The notes beneath the pieces were generated by a model. That model saw only the letters and a list, made by a program, of their open reading frames with translations. It was not told the DNA's origin and made no database searches. A program made the translations under genes and the position numbers. From a virus (Duplodnaviria; Caudoviricetes), in IMG/VR virus record IMGVR_UViG_3300010883_000006, positions 1 through 64,000 of that record: a stretch of 64,000 nt of DNA. One strand, given 5' to 3'. Of the stretch, positions 15,965-26,000 are shown one piece after another. Positions within the stretch are counted from its first letter, which is position 1, and the number at the start of each line of letters is the position of its first letter.

Positions 15965-16618
15965 TTATTCATTATCGTAAATGTCATCTAATCTAGATGA
16001 CCTTAGATGAGTAGTGGTGGGACTGCTGAATCTCCTAAAGTGCGTCACCACCTCCTCATATTCTTTTATTTTATTTTTTAACTCTACTATTTCTTTTTTA
16101 AATGAAGAACTGTCTTCATTATGGGTTTCCAGATTTTCTACTGTTGTATTAAGGATTTCAACGGTTTGATTTAGTCTTTGATTTTCTATCTTTAACTCAT
16201 TAGCCTGTTGTGAGTATTCTTCAATCTGTGTATTATCCGTTATAATCTTTTCTACTTCAATTATTTTTTCTACTGGTACCTCTACCCTTTTTTCTACTAT
16301 CTTTTCTACTTCTACTATTCTTTCAACTTCTACTATTCTTTCAACTTCTTTTTCAACTTCTTTAATCACTTCTTTTTCTATTATCTCTTTTCCTGCACTA
16401 ACTGGTGTTACCCCCCACTTTTCAATGGCGAACCCACCCTTAAGGCAACCTAATAAAAATTCATCACAATCTTCTATTTCATTTAAGTTACAGAATTGTT
16501 CTACTTCATTTTTTAAATCTTTAGATAATTCTAAACCAAAAAATTCTCTTTTTTTAGTGTTATATGAAAGGTCCTTAGGTACCTTAGTTGTTTGTGATTT
16601 TTTCTTTTGCATTTTCAA
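15965..16618 (-). CDS. Coiled-coil protein with EKIVEV(P) repeats
   Basis: EKEVIKEVEKEVERIVEVERIVEVEKIVEKRVEVPVEKIIEVEKII followed by heptads. Confidence 0.7.
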   Translation of the reverse strand: MKMQKKKSQTTKVPKDLSYNTKKREFFGLELSKDLKNEVEQFCNLNEIEDCDEFLLGCLKGGFAIEKWGVTPVSAGKEIIEKEVIKEVEKEVERIVEVERIVEVEKIVEKRVEVPVEKIIEVEKIITDNTQIEEYSQQANELKIENQRLNQTVEILNTTVENLETHNEDSSSFKKEIVELKNKIKEYEEVVTHFRRFSSPTTTHLRSSRLDDIYDNE

Positions 16619-17366
16619 TATCTATTATATCTTCTATTTTAAAATTAACATATGGTGACGAATTTTCAATGTCTTCGAAAGAATATTTATTATTTTTAAT
16701 ATCATATACACCAAATCCGTGATTTTTTATAGTCTCACCAAAATTTTGTTGTATTAATGACCCAACCATATAAGCTTTTTTACCATTAGGGATGTCAATA
16801 ATTTGTCGTTTATGTATGTCACCAGCTAATACTATGTCACACCCTTCGAATTCATTTACACTGTAACCATCTTCAAAAGCAAATCCCATGTCAGTAGAAG
16901 TTCCTTGTATTGGTCCATGGAATAGACCTATATGGTGAGTATCACCATCATTAGTGAACGTTGGTTTTTTATTATGTTCTAATAAAGAATATATACACCA
17001 AGTAACGTTATCGTCTTTTAATGTACCTCTATCCTTTAGGTAAACAATGTCATCATTTTTCATAGCTGCTAAGATTGGACTTATACTATCCATCCTATCT
17101 AGATTATTTTCCAAAAAATCATGATTGCCAATTAGTACCATAGTTTTACTTATTTTACTACACTCATTAAGAACCCACCTTACCATTTCTATTAGTTCTG
17201 GTGTTATTTGGTTTTTGGAGTGCACTAGGTCCCCAGTGAAAACTATTCTATCTGGTTTAATCTCTTCCCACCTTTTAAAACATTTGGTTAAAATATCTCT
17301 GTAGTGGTCATGTCCTTTATACAATTTTAAATGTAAATCAGAAAAATGTAATATTGTATTAATCAT
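16584..17366 (-). CDS. sbcD: SbcD/Mre11 (gp47-like) metallophosphoesterase nuclease, catalytic domain only
   Basis: HFSDLH, FTGDLVH, IGNHD, GLFHG, LAGDIHKRQ, YMVGSLIQQNFGE. Confidence 0.9.
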   Translation of the reverse strand: MINTILHFSDLHLKLYKGHDHYRDILTKCFKRWEEIKPDRIVFTGDLVHSKNQITPELIEMVRWVLNECSKISKTMVLIGNHDFLENNLDRMDSISPILAAMKNDDIVYLKDRGTLKDDNVTWCIYSLLEHNKKPTFTNDGDTHHIGLFHGPIQGTSTDMGFAFEDGYSVNEFEGCDIVLAGDIHKRQIIDIPNGKKAYMVGSLIQQNFGETIKNHGFGVYDIKNNKYSFEDIENSSPYVNFKIEDIIDIENAKEKITNN

Positions 17367-18147
17367 CTTTTTTAAATTCTTCTATCATCAACTCTACTTC
17401 TTCCCTATAGTCTCTACATTTAATTGGTTCATAGTCATCATTTTTTTCATTAAACCACACAATGTAGGAATCACCTAATTTGATGTTGGTGTTTTTTTCT
17501 ATTAAAAACCTATATAAAGATAATTGTAATGAGTAAGTGTTAAATTCACACACATCTAAATGTGATAGAGGACCTTTAAATTTTTGCCACCTATTACTAC
17601 GTTTAATCTCTTTATTTGTTTTCCAATCCCAAATCTGTAATTCGTTAGTTTTATTATTCCAGAATAACTGGTCGACCATACCACAAATACCCAGGTCCTC
17701 ATCGCCAACAATAATCTCTGATTTCATTGGGATTAGTTTACCGTAGGACTCCTCATAGAATTTATTGAATAGTGACACTAACTTATCAAAATCTTTTTCT
17801 AATGTTTCTTCTTGTTTAAAACCATTACCTTCTAGTATTCTAATCGCTCTATCTTTTGGGTATGGGTATATTTTATTGTTTAGGTAGTTCTCCGCGTACT
17901 CATGAAATAGGGTTCCTTTTTCACAAGCATAGTCAGATTTATCTTTCCATTCTTTTAGAATTTCTTCCTGGGTTATCTTTCTTTCTTTAGCCTTTTTTTT
18001 AGACCAGAATTCACTATCAAATTCTTGTTTAAATTTACCTATAATTTGTGTTGCGGAAACCATTCTGGTACCACCAATATAGTAGGTGTGTGGTTCATCA
18101 TAATATTTTATGTTATTAAAAACACTTAGTTCTACACTTATATCCAT
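17359..18147 (-). CDS. PD-(D/E)XK exonuclease
   Basis: KGTLFHEYAE, SE, GMVDQLF, WDWKT, YSLQLSLY. Confidence 0.85.
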   Translation of the reverse strand: MDISVELSVFNNIKYYDEPHTYYIGGTRMVSATQIIGKFKQEFDSEFWSKKKAKERKITQEEILKEWKDKSDYACEKGTLFHEYAENYLNNKIYPYPKDRAIRILEGNGFKQEETLEKDFDKLVSLFNKFYEESYGKLIPMKSEIIVGDEDLGICGMVDQLFWNNKTNELQIWDWKTNKEIKRSNRWQKFKGPLSHLDVCEFNTYSLQLSLYRFLIEKNTNIKLGDSYIVWFNEKNDDYEPIKCRDYREEVELMIEEFKKDD

Positions 18148-18152
18148 CTTAA

Positions 18153-19076
18153 TTATTTTTCTAATGATACTATAGTATCTTTATTTATGTTACCACCTAA
18201 ATCAGCCACATCTTTATTTTTAGGCATTTTAACTATTTTAATTCTCCCCCTTAATTTACCCCCATTTAACTTATCAAATAATTTAACACCGTCATTCCAT
18301 GCGTCACCATCTAAACATATTATAACATTATCTTTAGATTTTTCATATAATGTCTCCCATAGTTTATCGGAAATAACTTTGCCCAAAATAGGGATTGCGT
18401 TATCTAAAAAAAACATATCAAAAACCCCTTCAACCAAATAAATTTCTTTTTCCCAATCAATATTAGGTTCATTAAAAATTATTGTGTCTTTTTGTACTTC
18501 GGGGTTCTTATACTTAAGTTTAGTATTAACGAAACTTCTAGCAACAAAATAATTTATTTTACCATTATAGTCATATGATGGTACAATTATTCTAAATTTA
18601 TGTTCACCTGTCCCACTATAACCTATTTTATATTTTTTTATCATATCTAAAGTTATGTTTCTTTTCTTAAGATAATTAAAAGCTTGTTTAACTATAAGGT
18701 CGTTTGTGTTGGCCTCAGTAAGGTAAGTAAAATCTTCAGGTAACTTTAATTTTTGTTTTGTTTTGTAAGTTGGTTCTGGTGGGTCTTCTGGGTATGATAG
18801 TTCAAATAGTTGTTGTTGATTTTTATTTCCATGTTTACTTATCAGTTTCCATATACTCCCTTTAGTGTAATTTGTTTCCGAACAAGCCCAACACTTAAAA
18901 ACACCCATATAGTAATTTATTTCTAAATTCCCTTTATCGTCTCCCTTCTCTAAGCCTTTAATATCATAAGAGCACACAGGACAATCAAAAGAAATCTGCC
19001 CTTTACTAGGGTAGTGGTTCTTATGTTCTCCAAATATGGATTCTAAAACTTCTATTGTAAGGTCAAAATCATTCAC
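18153..19076 (-). CDS. dnaG: DNA primase (zinc finger plus TOPRIM)
   Basis: CPVC..CWAC, YLKKRNI, RIIVP, KYKNP, LVEGVFD, CLDGDA, KDVAD. Confidence 0.88.
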   Translation of the reverse strand: MNDFDLTIEVLESIFGEHKNHYPSKGQISFDCPVCSYDIKGLEKGDDKGNLEINYYMGVFKCWACSETNYTKGSIWKLISKHGNKNQQQLFELSYPEDPPEPTYKTKQKLKLPEDFTYLTEANTNDLIVKQAFNYLKKRNITLDMIKKYKIGYSGTGEHKFRIIVPSYDYNGKINYFVARSFVNTKLKYKNPEVQKDTIIFNEPNIDWEKEIYLVEGVFDMFFLDNAIPILGKVISDKLWETLYEKSKDNVIICLDGDAWNDGVKLFDKLNGGKLRGRIKIVKMPKNKDVADLGGNINKDTIVSLEK

Positions 19077-19081
19077 AACTA

Positions 19082-19110
19082 ATTATAAATGAAATTTTTT
19101 GTAATGTAAA
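19082..19110 (-). promoter_or_regulatory. Sigma70-type promoter TTTACA-N17-TATAAT
   Basis: -35 at 19105-19110, -10 at 19082-19087, 17-nt spacer; only 5 nt before the primase GTG, so possibly leaderless. Confidence 0.55.
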
Positions 19111-19704
19111 CTACCCCCAAATACCTTCTTTCCGCATATAACCTTTTACACAAGTATAAGCGTCTGCCATATCATAACATTCTTTCTTTAGGGTGTCGTT
19201 TCGTGTATATAACCACTGGATTTGTGGTTCCTGGGGTTTTACTTGTTCCCAAACAAGTTGTTTCTTATCACAACCCTTTGGGTACCCGCCAAATAAAACT
19301 TTTTTACCATTTTTATTTTCAGTGTACAAATTAGGGTAAGCAAATTTCCTAGAGTCGTAAGTAGAAATAAAATTGGGCACTACTTCTAAAATATCATAAA
19401 CAGCTTTTACAATCATGGAGTTATACCTTAAAAGTGTACCTACCGTATAGACATTGTTTGAGTTTAGTAGTGGTTCTTCTATGATTACTTTAAGTATACC
19501 AAAGTCTTTAACCTCTTTTAATTTTTCTGTAAAAGCATCAGTTTTTTTTAATAGTAACTCTATCTTATCTTCTGGTTGTGGTTTTATTTTAGGTGAAAAG
19601 TGGGTTAACTCTAACAAATCCTCGCTTTGCCAGTCAAATAATGCCCACCCAATCGTTTTAGTTGATACGTCTAGTCCTAGTACTTTGGGTTTTGTAAAAT
19701 CCAT
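19111..19704 (-). CDS. ruvC: RuvC-like Holliday junction resolvase
   Basis: VLGLDVSTKTIGWA, VIIEEP, DMADAY; likely start at ATG 19704. Confidence 0.8.
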   Translation of the reverse strand: MDFTKPKVLGLDVSTKTIGWALFDWQSEDLLELTHFSPKIKPQPEDKIELLLKKTDAFTEKLKEVKDFGILKVIIEEPLLNSNNVYTVGTLLRYNSMIVKAVYDILEVVPNFISTYDSRKFAYPNLYTENKNGKKVLFGGYPKGCDKKQLVWEQVKPQEPQIQWLYTRNDTLKKECYDMADAYTCVKGYMRKEGIWG

Positions 19705-19711
19705 TAAGTTT

Positions 19712-20818
19712 TTAAAATCTAAATTTGAGATTGAAGTATGCTGGGTTATTATAGTATTTTTCAATCGGTTTATCTGGTTTTGCTATGGCAACCATGTGAC
19801 CTAATGAATCATACAAGCCAATTTCAGTAATGTAAACAGGTTTGCTAACACTTTGTAGGTCGTAATTCCCAGCTGCTGTCACTGTCGGATTTAAATCTGC
19901 TGCTGTCGTATTAGAGGTTATATAAAATTCTCCAGGGTCTGCTTGACATAAAACATCTAGAACCCATTGTTTTTCAAAACTATAAAATGTTAAGTCACTA
20001 CCTGTTGACCAATACACTTGAGTGGCTCCACTAACATGACTATTACCAAATGTCCCACCACTTAATGTAGTTGCTCCAGACCATGCTATCATATCTTTAA
20101 CTACATTGTGTGTTATAACAATAAATCCTTTATCTAAATAACAAATACCAATAGGTTGGTCCATCCCACTACCCGTGTCAGTTGCTGCTGCAACTTTTTT
20201 AGTGCTATCAAAAGAAAATTCTGTTGTAGCATCTGGATACCCTACTGGTGGTGTTGACGTAGTGTAACCATCCGACCAAGAACCTCCATTAGCTGGGGCA
20301 TTTATTTGGTCAGAAAACAAAAATGAAACGTTAGTACTAGGAGTTTCCACATTAGGGGTTAACCCTAAACTTAAAGCTGATGTATGTCCAAAAACTTCAG
20401 CTTCTGGACTTGGGTCACTAGATGAGTTATATGATTGAAAATAAGAACTATAACACGTTAGTGTGGTTACTCCACTTACTATCGGTAGGTCTAGTTTAAT
20501 TGTTCTACCATCTATTAATTCACCATATGTGTTTTTAGGGATAGCTATCACAACTACCTGGTCCGCGTCATCTATATTTTGTATAGCGTTATTACCCCAA
20601 TCAATGTCCCAACCAGTAACCTCGAAATTTGCTGTTGGCAAACCAAAAGAAGAATATAGGTTAGAGAATGGTCTTCCATTATTAGGATTTCTTTGTGCTA
20701 CAGTCATTCTTAAACTTGACCCATTAATTTGATTGTACCCATTAAAATTAGGATTCAACGTACCGAATGGTTTTAGTTCTGAATATACGTTTTTTGATGT
20801 TACTGATTTAAATTCCAT
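19712..20818 (-). CDS. Tail/baseplate structural protein
   Basis: C-term PVYITEIGLYD..G.MVAIAKP resembles the tail-collar fibre motif; shared with 26475..28931. Confidence 0.65.
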   Translation of the reverse strand: MEFKSVTSKNVYSELKPFGTLNPNFNGYNQINGSSLRMTVAQRNPNNGRPFSNLYSSFGLPTANFEVTGWDIDWGNNAIQNIDDADQVVVIAIPKNTYGELIDGRTIKLDLPIVSGVTTLTCYSSYFQSYNSSSDPSPEAEVFGHTSALSLGLTPNVETPSTNVSFLFSDQINAPANGGSWSDGYTTSTPPVGYPDATTEFSFDSTKKVAAATDTGSGMDQPIGICYLDKGFIVITHNVVKDMIAWSGATTLSGGTFGNSHVSGATQVYWSTGSDLTFYSFEKQWVLDVLCQADPGEFYITSNTTAADLNPTVTAAGNYDLQSVSKPVYITEIGLYDSLGHMVAIAKPDKPIEKYYNNPAYFNLKFRF

Positions 20819-20844
20819 GTTATTGTTTTTAATATATTTTTTTA

Positions 20845-21333
20845 TTAGTATCCTCCACTTCCACCACCTAATGAAGCATTTACGTTTCTAGCACTAGTTA
20901 CTGTTGTGGATGGTGGTGTAATAGTTCTTGCTCCACCTGCACTGGTTAAAGAACTACCGTCTGGACTTATTTTTAGGTAAGCCACACCAGGGAAAAAGAA
21001 TCTTCTATTTACCCTTGCATCTGTTATTTCCCCATTGTTATCTCTCTGGTAATTTATCGCGTCTGGACTATAACATAACATTATTTTACCTCCTGATGAG
21101 GTATCGTAAGTCGGGTTAGTCACAGAAATAAATTTAGAAAAAGCCATATTTGTATTAGATTCACCTGGAGTATTATCATTAGTAGGTACTGTTCTTGCAG
21201 TATTACTTACAGATATATCGTTAAATACTATGCCTCTTTGATATTTTATTTTACCGTTTGGTACTGTACTAAAAAAGTTATCTGGGAAGTTACTCCTCAT
21301 GTCTGTTAAAGCTTGTGATGTGTTATTTGCCAT
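20845..21333 (-). CDS. Putative structural protein (Ser/Thr-rich)
   Basis: 162-aa ORF within the tail block. Confidence 0.5.
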   Translation of the reverse strand: MANNTSQALTDMRSNFPDNFFSTVPNGKIKYQRGIVFNDISVSNTARTVPTNDNTPGESNTNMAFSKFISVTNPTYDTSSGGKIMLCYSPDAINYQRDNNGEITDARVNRRFFFPGVAYLKISPDGSSLTSAGGARTITPPSTTVTSARNVNASLGGGSGGY

Positions 21334-21339
21334 AATATT

Positions 21340-23016
21340 TTAATTTAATGTTGTTGTTCTAAATATTGACGAACCACTAGGTGTAGCGTCGTCTACTGGA
21401 TTTATGGTGTACGCCCCACCCATCATTGTGTAATCACCACCAAAAAATCTTGGTGTGGTTTTGTTTTCGGCATACATCCTATATCTTGCTGGTGTTGTTG
21501 GTGTGGCTGCGTCATATTGTACATTCTCTAATAATGCTGGTACACTAAATATAAAGTTAACGTTTAGTGTTGCTGATTTACATGATGGGTCACCTGTGTT
21601 ATCCACTAAGAAAGACATAGGTATTTTGTATGTGGTATCAGTCAATGAACTACCACTTTTTGTTATAAATTTACCAACCGTATTATCTTCTTTTAATGCA
21701 CTAAAGAACTCTATCGTTTCACTAACTAATCTAGTTACCATAGTGTATGGTTCATAGTTTGTGTTAGGTTGTACTTTTTCAAACCCTTTATCGTACCCTC
21801 TAGTACTGTTAGTTACTTGGTATTCTGCTGTACCAGCAGCAAAAGATAAGAACGTTTCTAAAGCAAAACTAGATTCCGTTATTGTAGACCCAACTCTATT
21901 GGAATTTGGGTTGGCTCTAAAGTTATCACTTTTATTTAATGTACTTAATTGGTTGGTTTGTAATATATAATATGCATTAGTGTTGATATTATTGTTTAGA
22001 TTTATTTTAGCGGCTGGTATAATAGAGTTTAAATTAGTTTTTTCTAGTTGCTTATTAAATGATGGATTTTCTACTAAATATTGTGAATATAGACCACCAA
22101 AAGTATTATTAAAACCATAACTAGGGTAATACTGAACATTAGGGTCCACTACATTTGATACGTTGTAACCATATTCATACCTACCAAAACCAAACCCAAA
22201 GTTAGAAGCTCCCATGTAAGACCTTCCTTGTGTATCGGTATAGGTATTATTTATAAAGGTAAATGGAGAGGCAACTTGTTTTTTCTTTCTAACCCCTCTT
22301 TCAGCTCCAGTTTTACCGACTACTGGTTGGTTTTTTGAATCTATCCAGGCTGCTCCGGATAGTTTTTCAAACATATTTTTATCTTTCTGTGCTACAAACC
22401 TTAAAGAAATATTAGCTGGGGAATATCTACCACCAGTCTTAACCATTACTTGGTCAAATATGTTTGTTATTAAACTTCTTCCTTGGTTTTCTAAATCCGC
22501 ATATAGACCTGGCATGTTTTTTGAGTAGGACTGGTTGGATGTATTTTTTATTTGATTGAAGTAACTGGTTTGGGTTGCAGCTGAGAAGTTACCAAATTTA
22601 TGGTGACCTGCCTGAGATTGTGCCATTCCAACAGTTAAAGCTAAGTAATCATGTAAGTACACATTAACCGATGCACGACTACTCCAGTCATAATCACCTG
22701 TCTTGTTTTTAAACCCAATAACGGTAGTTTTTTCTCTAGGTATAGAATTTAACGAACTGTTATCTTCTATATAGACTATTTTATCTTTTATTTCGTACCC
22801 ATCATTAACTTCAAATATACAATTTAAATGTGAACCAGTAACATCTGGAACATAGCCTGAAGGTAATCTGACCGAATTTCTATAATCTGCGTCTGGGTCA
22901 CCCAAAGCGAATTTTATTATGGCATCAGATATACTCCCCTCTAAAAGGTACTTTCTACCATAGGAGGTCATATGTAAATCTAAAGCCGTTGTTGTAGCAC
23001 TACTTATATATCCCAT
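21340..23016 (-). CDS. Tail/baseplate structural protein
   Basis: N-term MGYI..MTSYGRKYL..KFALGDPDADY module shared with two neighbours. Confidence 0.65.
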   Translation of the reverse strand: MGYISSATTTALDLHMTSYGRKYLLEGSISDAIIKFALGDPDADYRNSVRLPSGYVPDVTGSHLNCIFEVNDGYEIKDKIVYIEDNSSLNSIPREKTTVIGFKNKTGDYDWSSRASVNVYLHDYLALTVGMAQSQAGHHKFGNFSAATQTSYFNQIKNTSNQSYSKNMPGLYADLENQGRSLITNIFDQVMVKTGGRYSPANISLRFVAQKDKNMFEKLSGAAWIDSKNQPVVGKTGAERGVRKKKQVASPFTFINNTYTDTQGRSYMGASNFGFGFGRYEYGYNVSNVVDPNVQYYPSYGFNNTFGGLYSQYLVENPSFNKQLEKTNLNSIIPAAKINLNNNINTNAYYILQTNQLSTLNKSDNFRANPNSNRVGSTITESSFALETFLSFAAGTAEYQVTNSTRGYDKGFEKVQPNTNYEPYTMVTRLVSETIEFFSALKEDNTVGKFITKSGSSLTDTTYKIPMSFLVDNTGDPSCKSATLNVNFIFSVPALLENVQYDAATPTTPARYRMYAENKTTPRFFGGDYTMMGGAYTINPVDDATPSGSSIFRTTTLN

Positions 23017-23084
23017 TTTACTTTCTTTTTATATTATATAATTATTTTAAATTCCAATTCCTGAATGTAAACTATAATTAATTA

Positions 23085-26000
23085 TTATGTTAACATTTTT
23101 AACTGCCAACCATACATATTATCCCCACTAATTCTTATTCTCTTATTTACCATCATTACTTGGTTATTAATGTGAACACCAAGTGTTACACAATACTCTT
23201 CCTTATTGTGACTCCAATTCGTAGGGGTAGAGTCTCTATAAGAGTTTAAAAACACAAAAGGGTAAGCTCCCCTAGCTGAGTATCGTTGATTTAGTGAAGC
23301 CCATTCTAGTTGAGGGCAAGGTCTAGTCATAGGGTTTCCCTTGCTGTCATAAGAGGAAACACCGTCGTCTACTTTCCAGTAGAATACACCTTGATTTTCT
23401 TTAATTAAACTTCCATTAACAGTAGAAATACTATTAAATTCAACATCATAGTCTATTCTTTGTTCCCCATTTTCCATATATGCAAACTGGTGTAAGGTCG
23501 CTTCAAAATTAACTTGTTGTTGTATATTTAAATTAGTCCTTAATGATTCACCACTAACTGGTGCTCCTTGTCTTTTCGCTACTGGAGACTCATGTGGTGT
23601 TGTTCTTAATCCAGGTTGTCCAGCAGAAGGTGTGGGACCACATATACTTTCTCCGGCACCAGGGTCACCAACACAACAAGATGGACTATAGGTCCCATCT
23701 GGACATGGACAACCCCCAGTACTTACACAACAAATAGGGTCAAAAGTTCCATCTGCACAAGGACACCCATCATCATCAATTACCACCACTGGTCCTTTAT
23801 TATTTCTAAATACAGCTGGTAAACATTGACATTCAGTACATCCAGTGGTTGTAGTTATAATCTTAAACGAACCACCTTTTACAAACTCAGTTAAATCAGC
23901 ATCAAATGTTCCTCCAGAAAATATATCCCCTGAATTACAACATAAATTACAATTACTACAACCAACCGCTGAACCATCATGTGCCGTACATCCTACTGCA
24001 AGACTAACCCCCCAATTATAGTTAGTTAAACCAGGTAACCCAGTTGCAACTGAAGAAGGACCATCATTAATATATGAAGGTGGAGTAAAACTACCAGGAT
24101 ATAAAGATTGTCCCCCAGCCCAGGCTGGTGCACTTACTGGTGAAAAAGGTACAAGAGGTCTTGAATATATAAGTGGGTTTACTGTACTATATGGGTTAGA
24201 TTTAGTAATTGCTGAGAATGTACCTCCATTGGTCTGTACCGTTGGGTTATCTATTAAATCTCCCACTGCCACAGTTGTTCCCATCACCGCACCATACGCA
24301 TGTAAAGCAAAGTCAGCTCTTGCATTACTAATATTTTTTACTACAGGGTATAAAAACCCAGCAAAACTATTGTAAAATGGAAGGGTCCTCATAAATAAAT
24401 CTTGTGAGTATTTGTAATCCATTGTTGGTTGTGGGTGTCCACCAGCTGACCAGTCGTTTTGATGTACTCCAGTAACTATCTCACAATTAGTGGGGTAATT
24501 ATCAGCAACACTTCCGTCACAACCATATGGACCATGATAACCATCATTTCCACCACACCCAGGACCGTTCATAGGGTCTGGACAAGTAGATGGGTCAGTT
24601 ACGTACACACCTTTTGAGTGATAACCTCTTCGTTTTTGTCTGTTTAGTGACATAGTACCCGGACTAACTTGGTCAAAATCATGTAGTGAATAATCACCCA
24701 CCCCATTACCGTTATAAACGTTTTTAAAGTCTAGTGGGAATACTCCACCCCAACTATTTTCATTACAGGTCATCGGACTAGTTTCATCAAATATACTTAC
24801 AACCATCACATTTTTATCACCTCCTTTATATTTTCTACAAGGTCCTAATAGATTATAGTATCTAATAGATGTTTGCCCAGTAACTGAAGTTACCACACCA
24901 TCTGCTTCAGCAAATGTTTCCACATCTTGTAGATTTTGTAAACTATATGTGTGTCCTGTTTCGTAGGGTACAAAATTATCAAATGGACTACATTCCATAC
25001 AACCAAATTGACTTCCTGTGTTTTCTAATGAATCGTCATCTTTACCAAAAGAACCACCTTCTAATCTAGTTCCACCAGTTACGGTTGTACCCAATGGACC
25101 TCCTGTCCCACCACTTAGTTGATAGTTGAACGGTCCTGAGTTTTCTCTTGTATTACAACAGTTTAATTTACATCCACTACCCACATCACTTTCCCAACTT
25201 ATTGTTGCCGTATTGTTTGGTATATTAACATTTTCCATGTAACTTGTGCCTGTTAAAGAAAGATAAGAGATTGTATTATCAACATATAAACTTAAGTTAG
25301 CCAGTAAATTAGTGTGGTAATGCCACCAACCATATTTGTCAACATATGGTGAACTAGTCCATGTGTTAGCTCCTGTACCCCAACCTGGTTGGTCTATTCT
25401 CCATACGGTAGTGGTACTGTTAGCTGAAAATATAAGTTTTGGTATTGACCCTATTTCTGTAATTTCTGTGTCGCAGGGTGTTGATACTTGGTCACTTCTT
25501 GGTGATTCTACCCCAGTTTCTATTCCTGTTGTTGAAAAATAACAATTTGTAGAATTATTTTTTGTACATCCGGTGACATAGAATTCTGCCCTTCTACCTT
25601 GGGCCGTACTTCCACCCTCACTTCCAATAGCTCCGGGTGGTAGGTCTTGAAATCCAGCCCAATTTCCTGTACTTTGGGAGTTGTCACAATGTAAATATAG
25701 TCCGGTTATTCCAGCAACAGGAGTAATTCCACTAGCGTCTTTTAATCCACCAAAAGCACCTGATAAAGCAAAACCACCTAAACTATTTCCTTGACCATTA
25801 TAATCAACCACATCTAACTCTCCATGCCAAGGATAATAAGCGGTATTAAGCCATCTTTCACCAAACACAGGAATATGAAATAATTTACCAGTATAAGAAC
25901 CATCAGGAGCGGAAGCGGTAATTGTTGAAGCGGTTAAAGTACTAAACCAACTTTGTAAACCTACTTTGGCAGCTTGTGCATCTTCTAAAAAGACTGATGT

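Noticed and set aside
17359-18147. Cas4 / CRISPR-associated nuclease
   Set aside because: PD-(D/E)XK motifs are present but there is no four-Cys Fe-S cluster pattern, no cas neighbours and no array.
19111-19764. TnpB/Cas12-like RuvC effector
   Set aside because: Only about 200 aa, no zinc finger or REC region, no flanking ncRNA space; context fits a resolvase.
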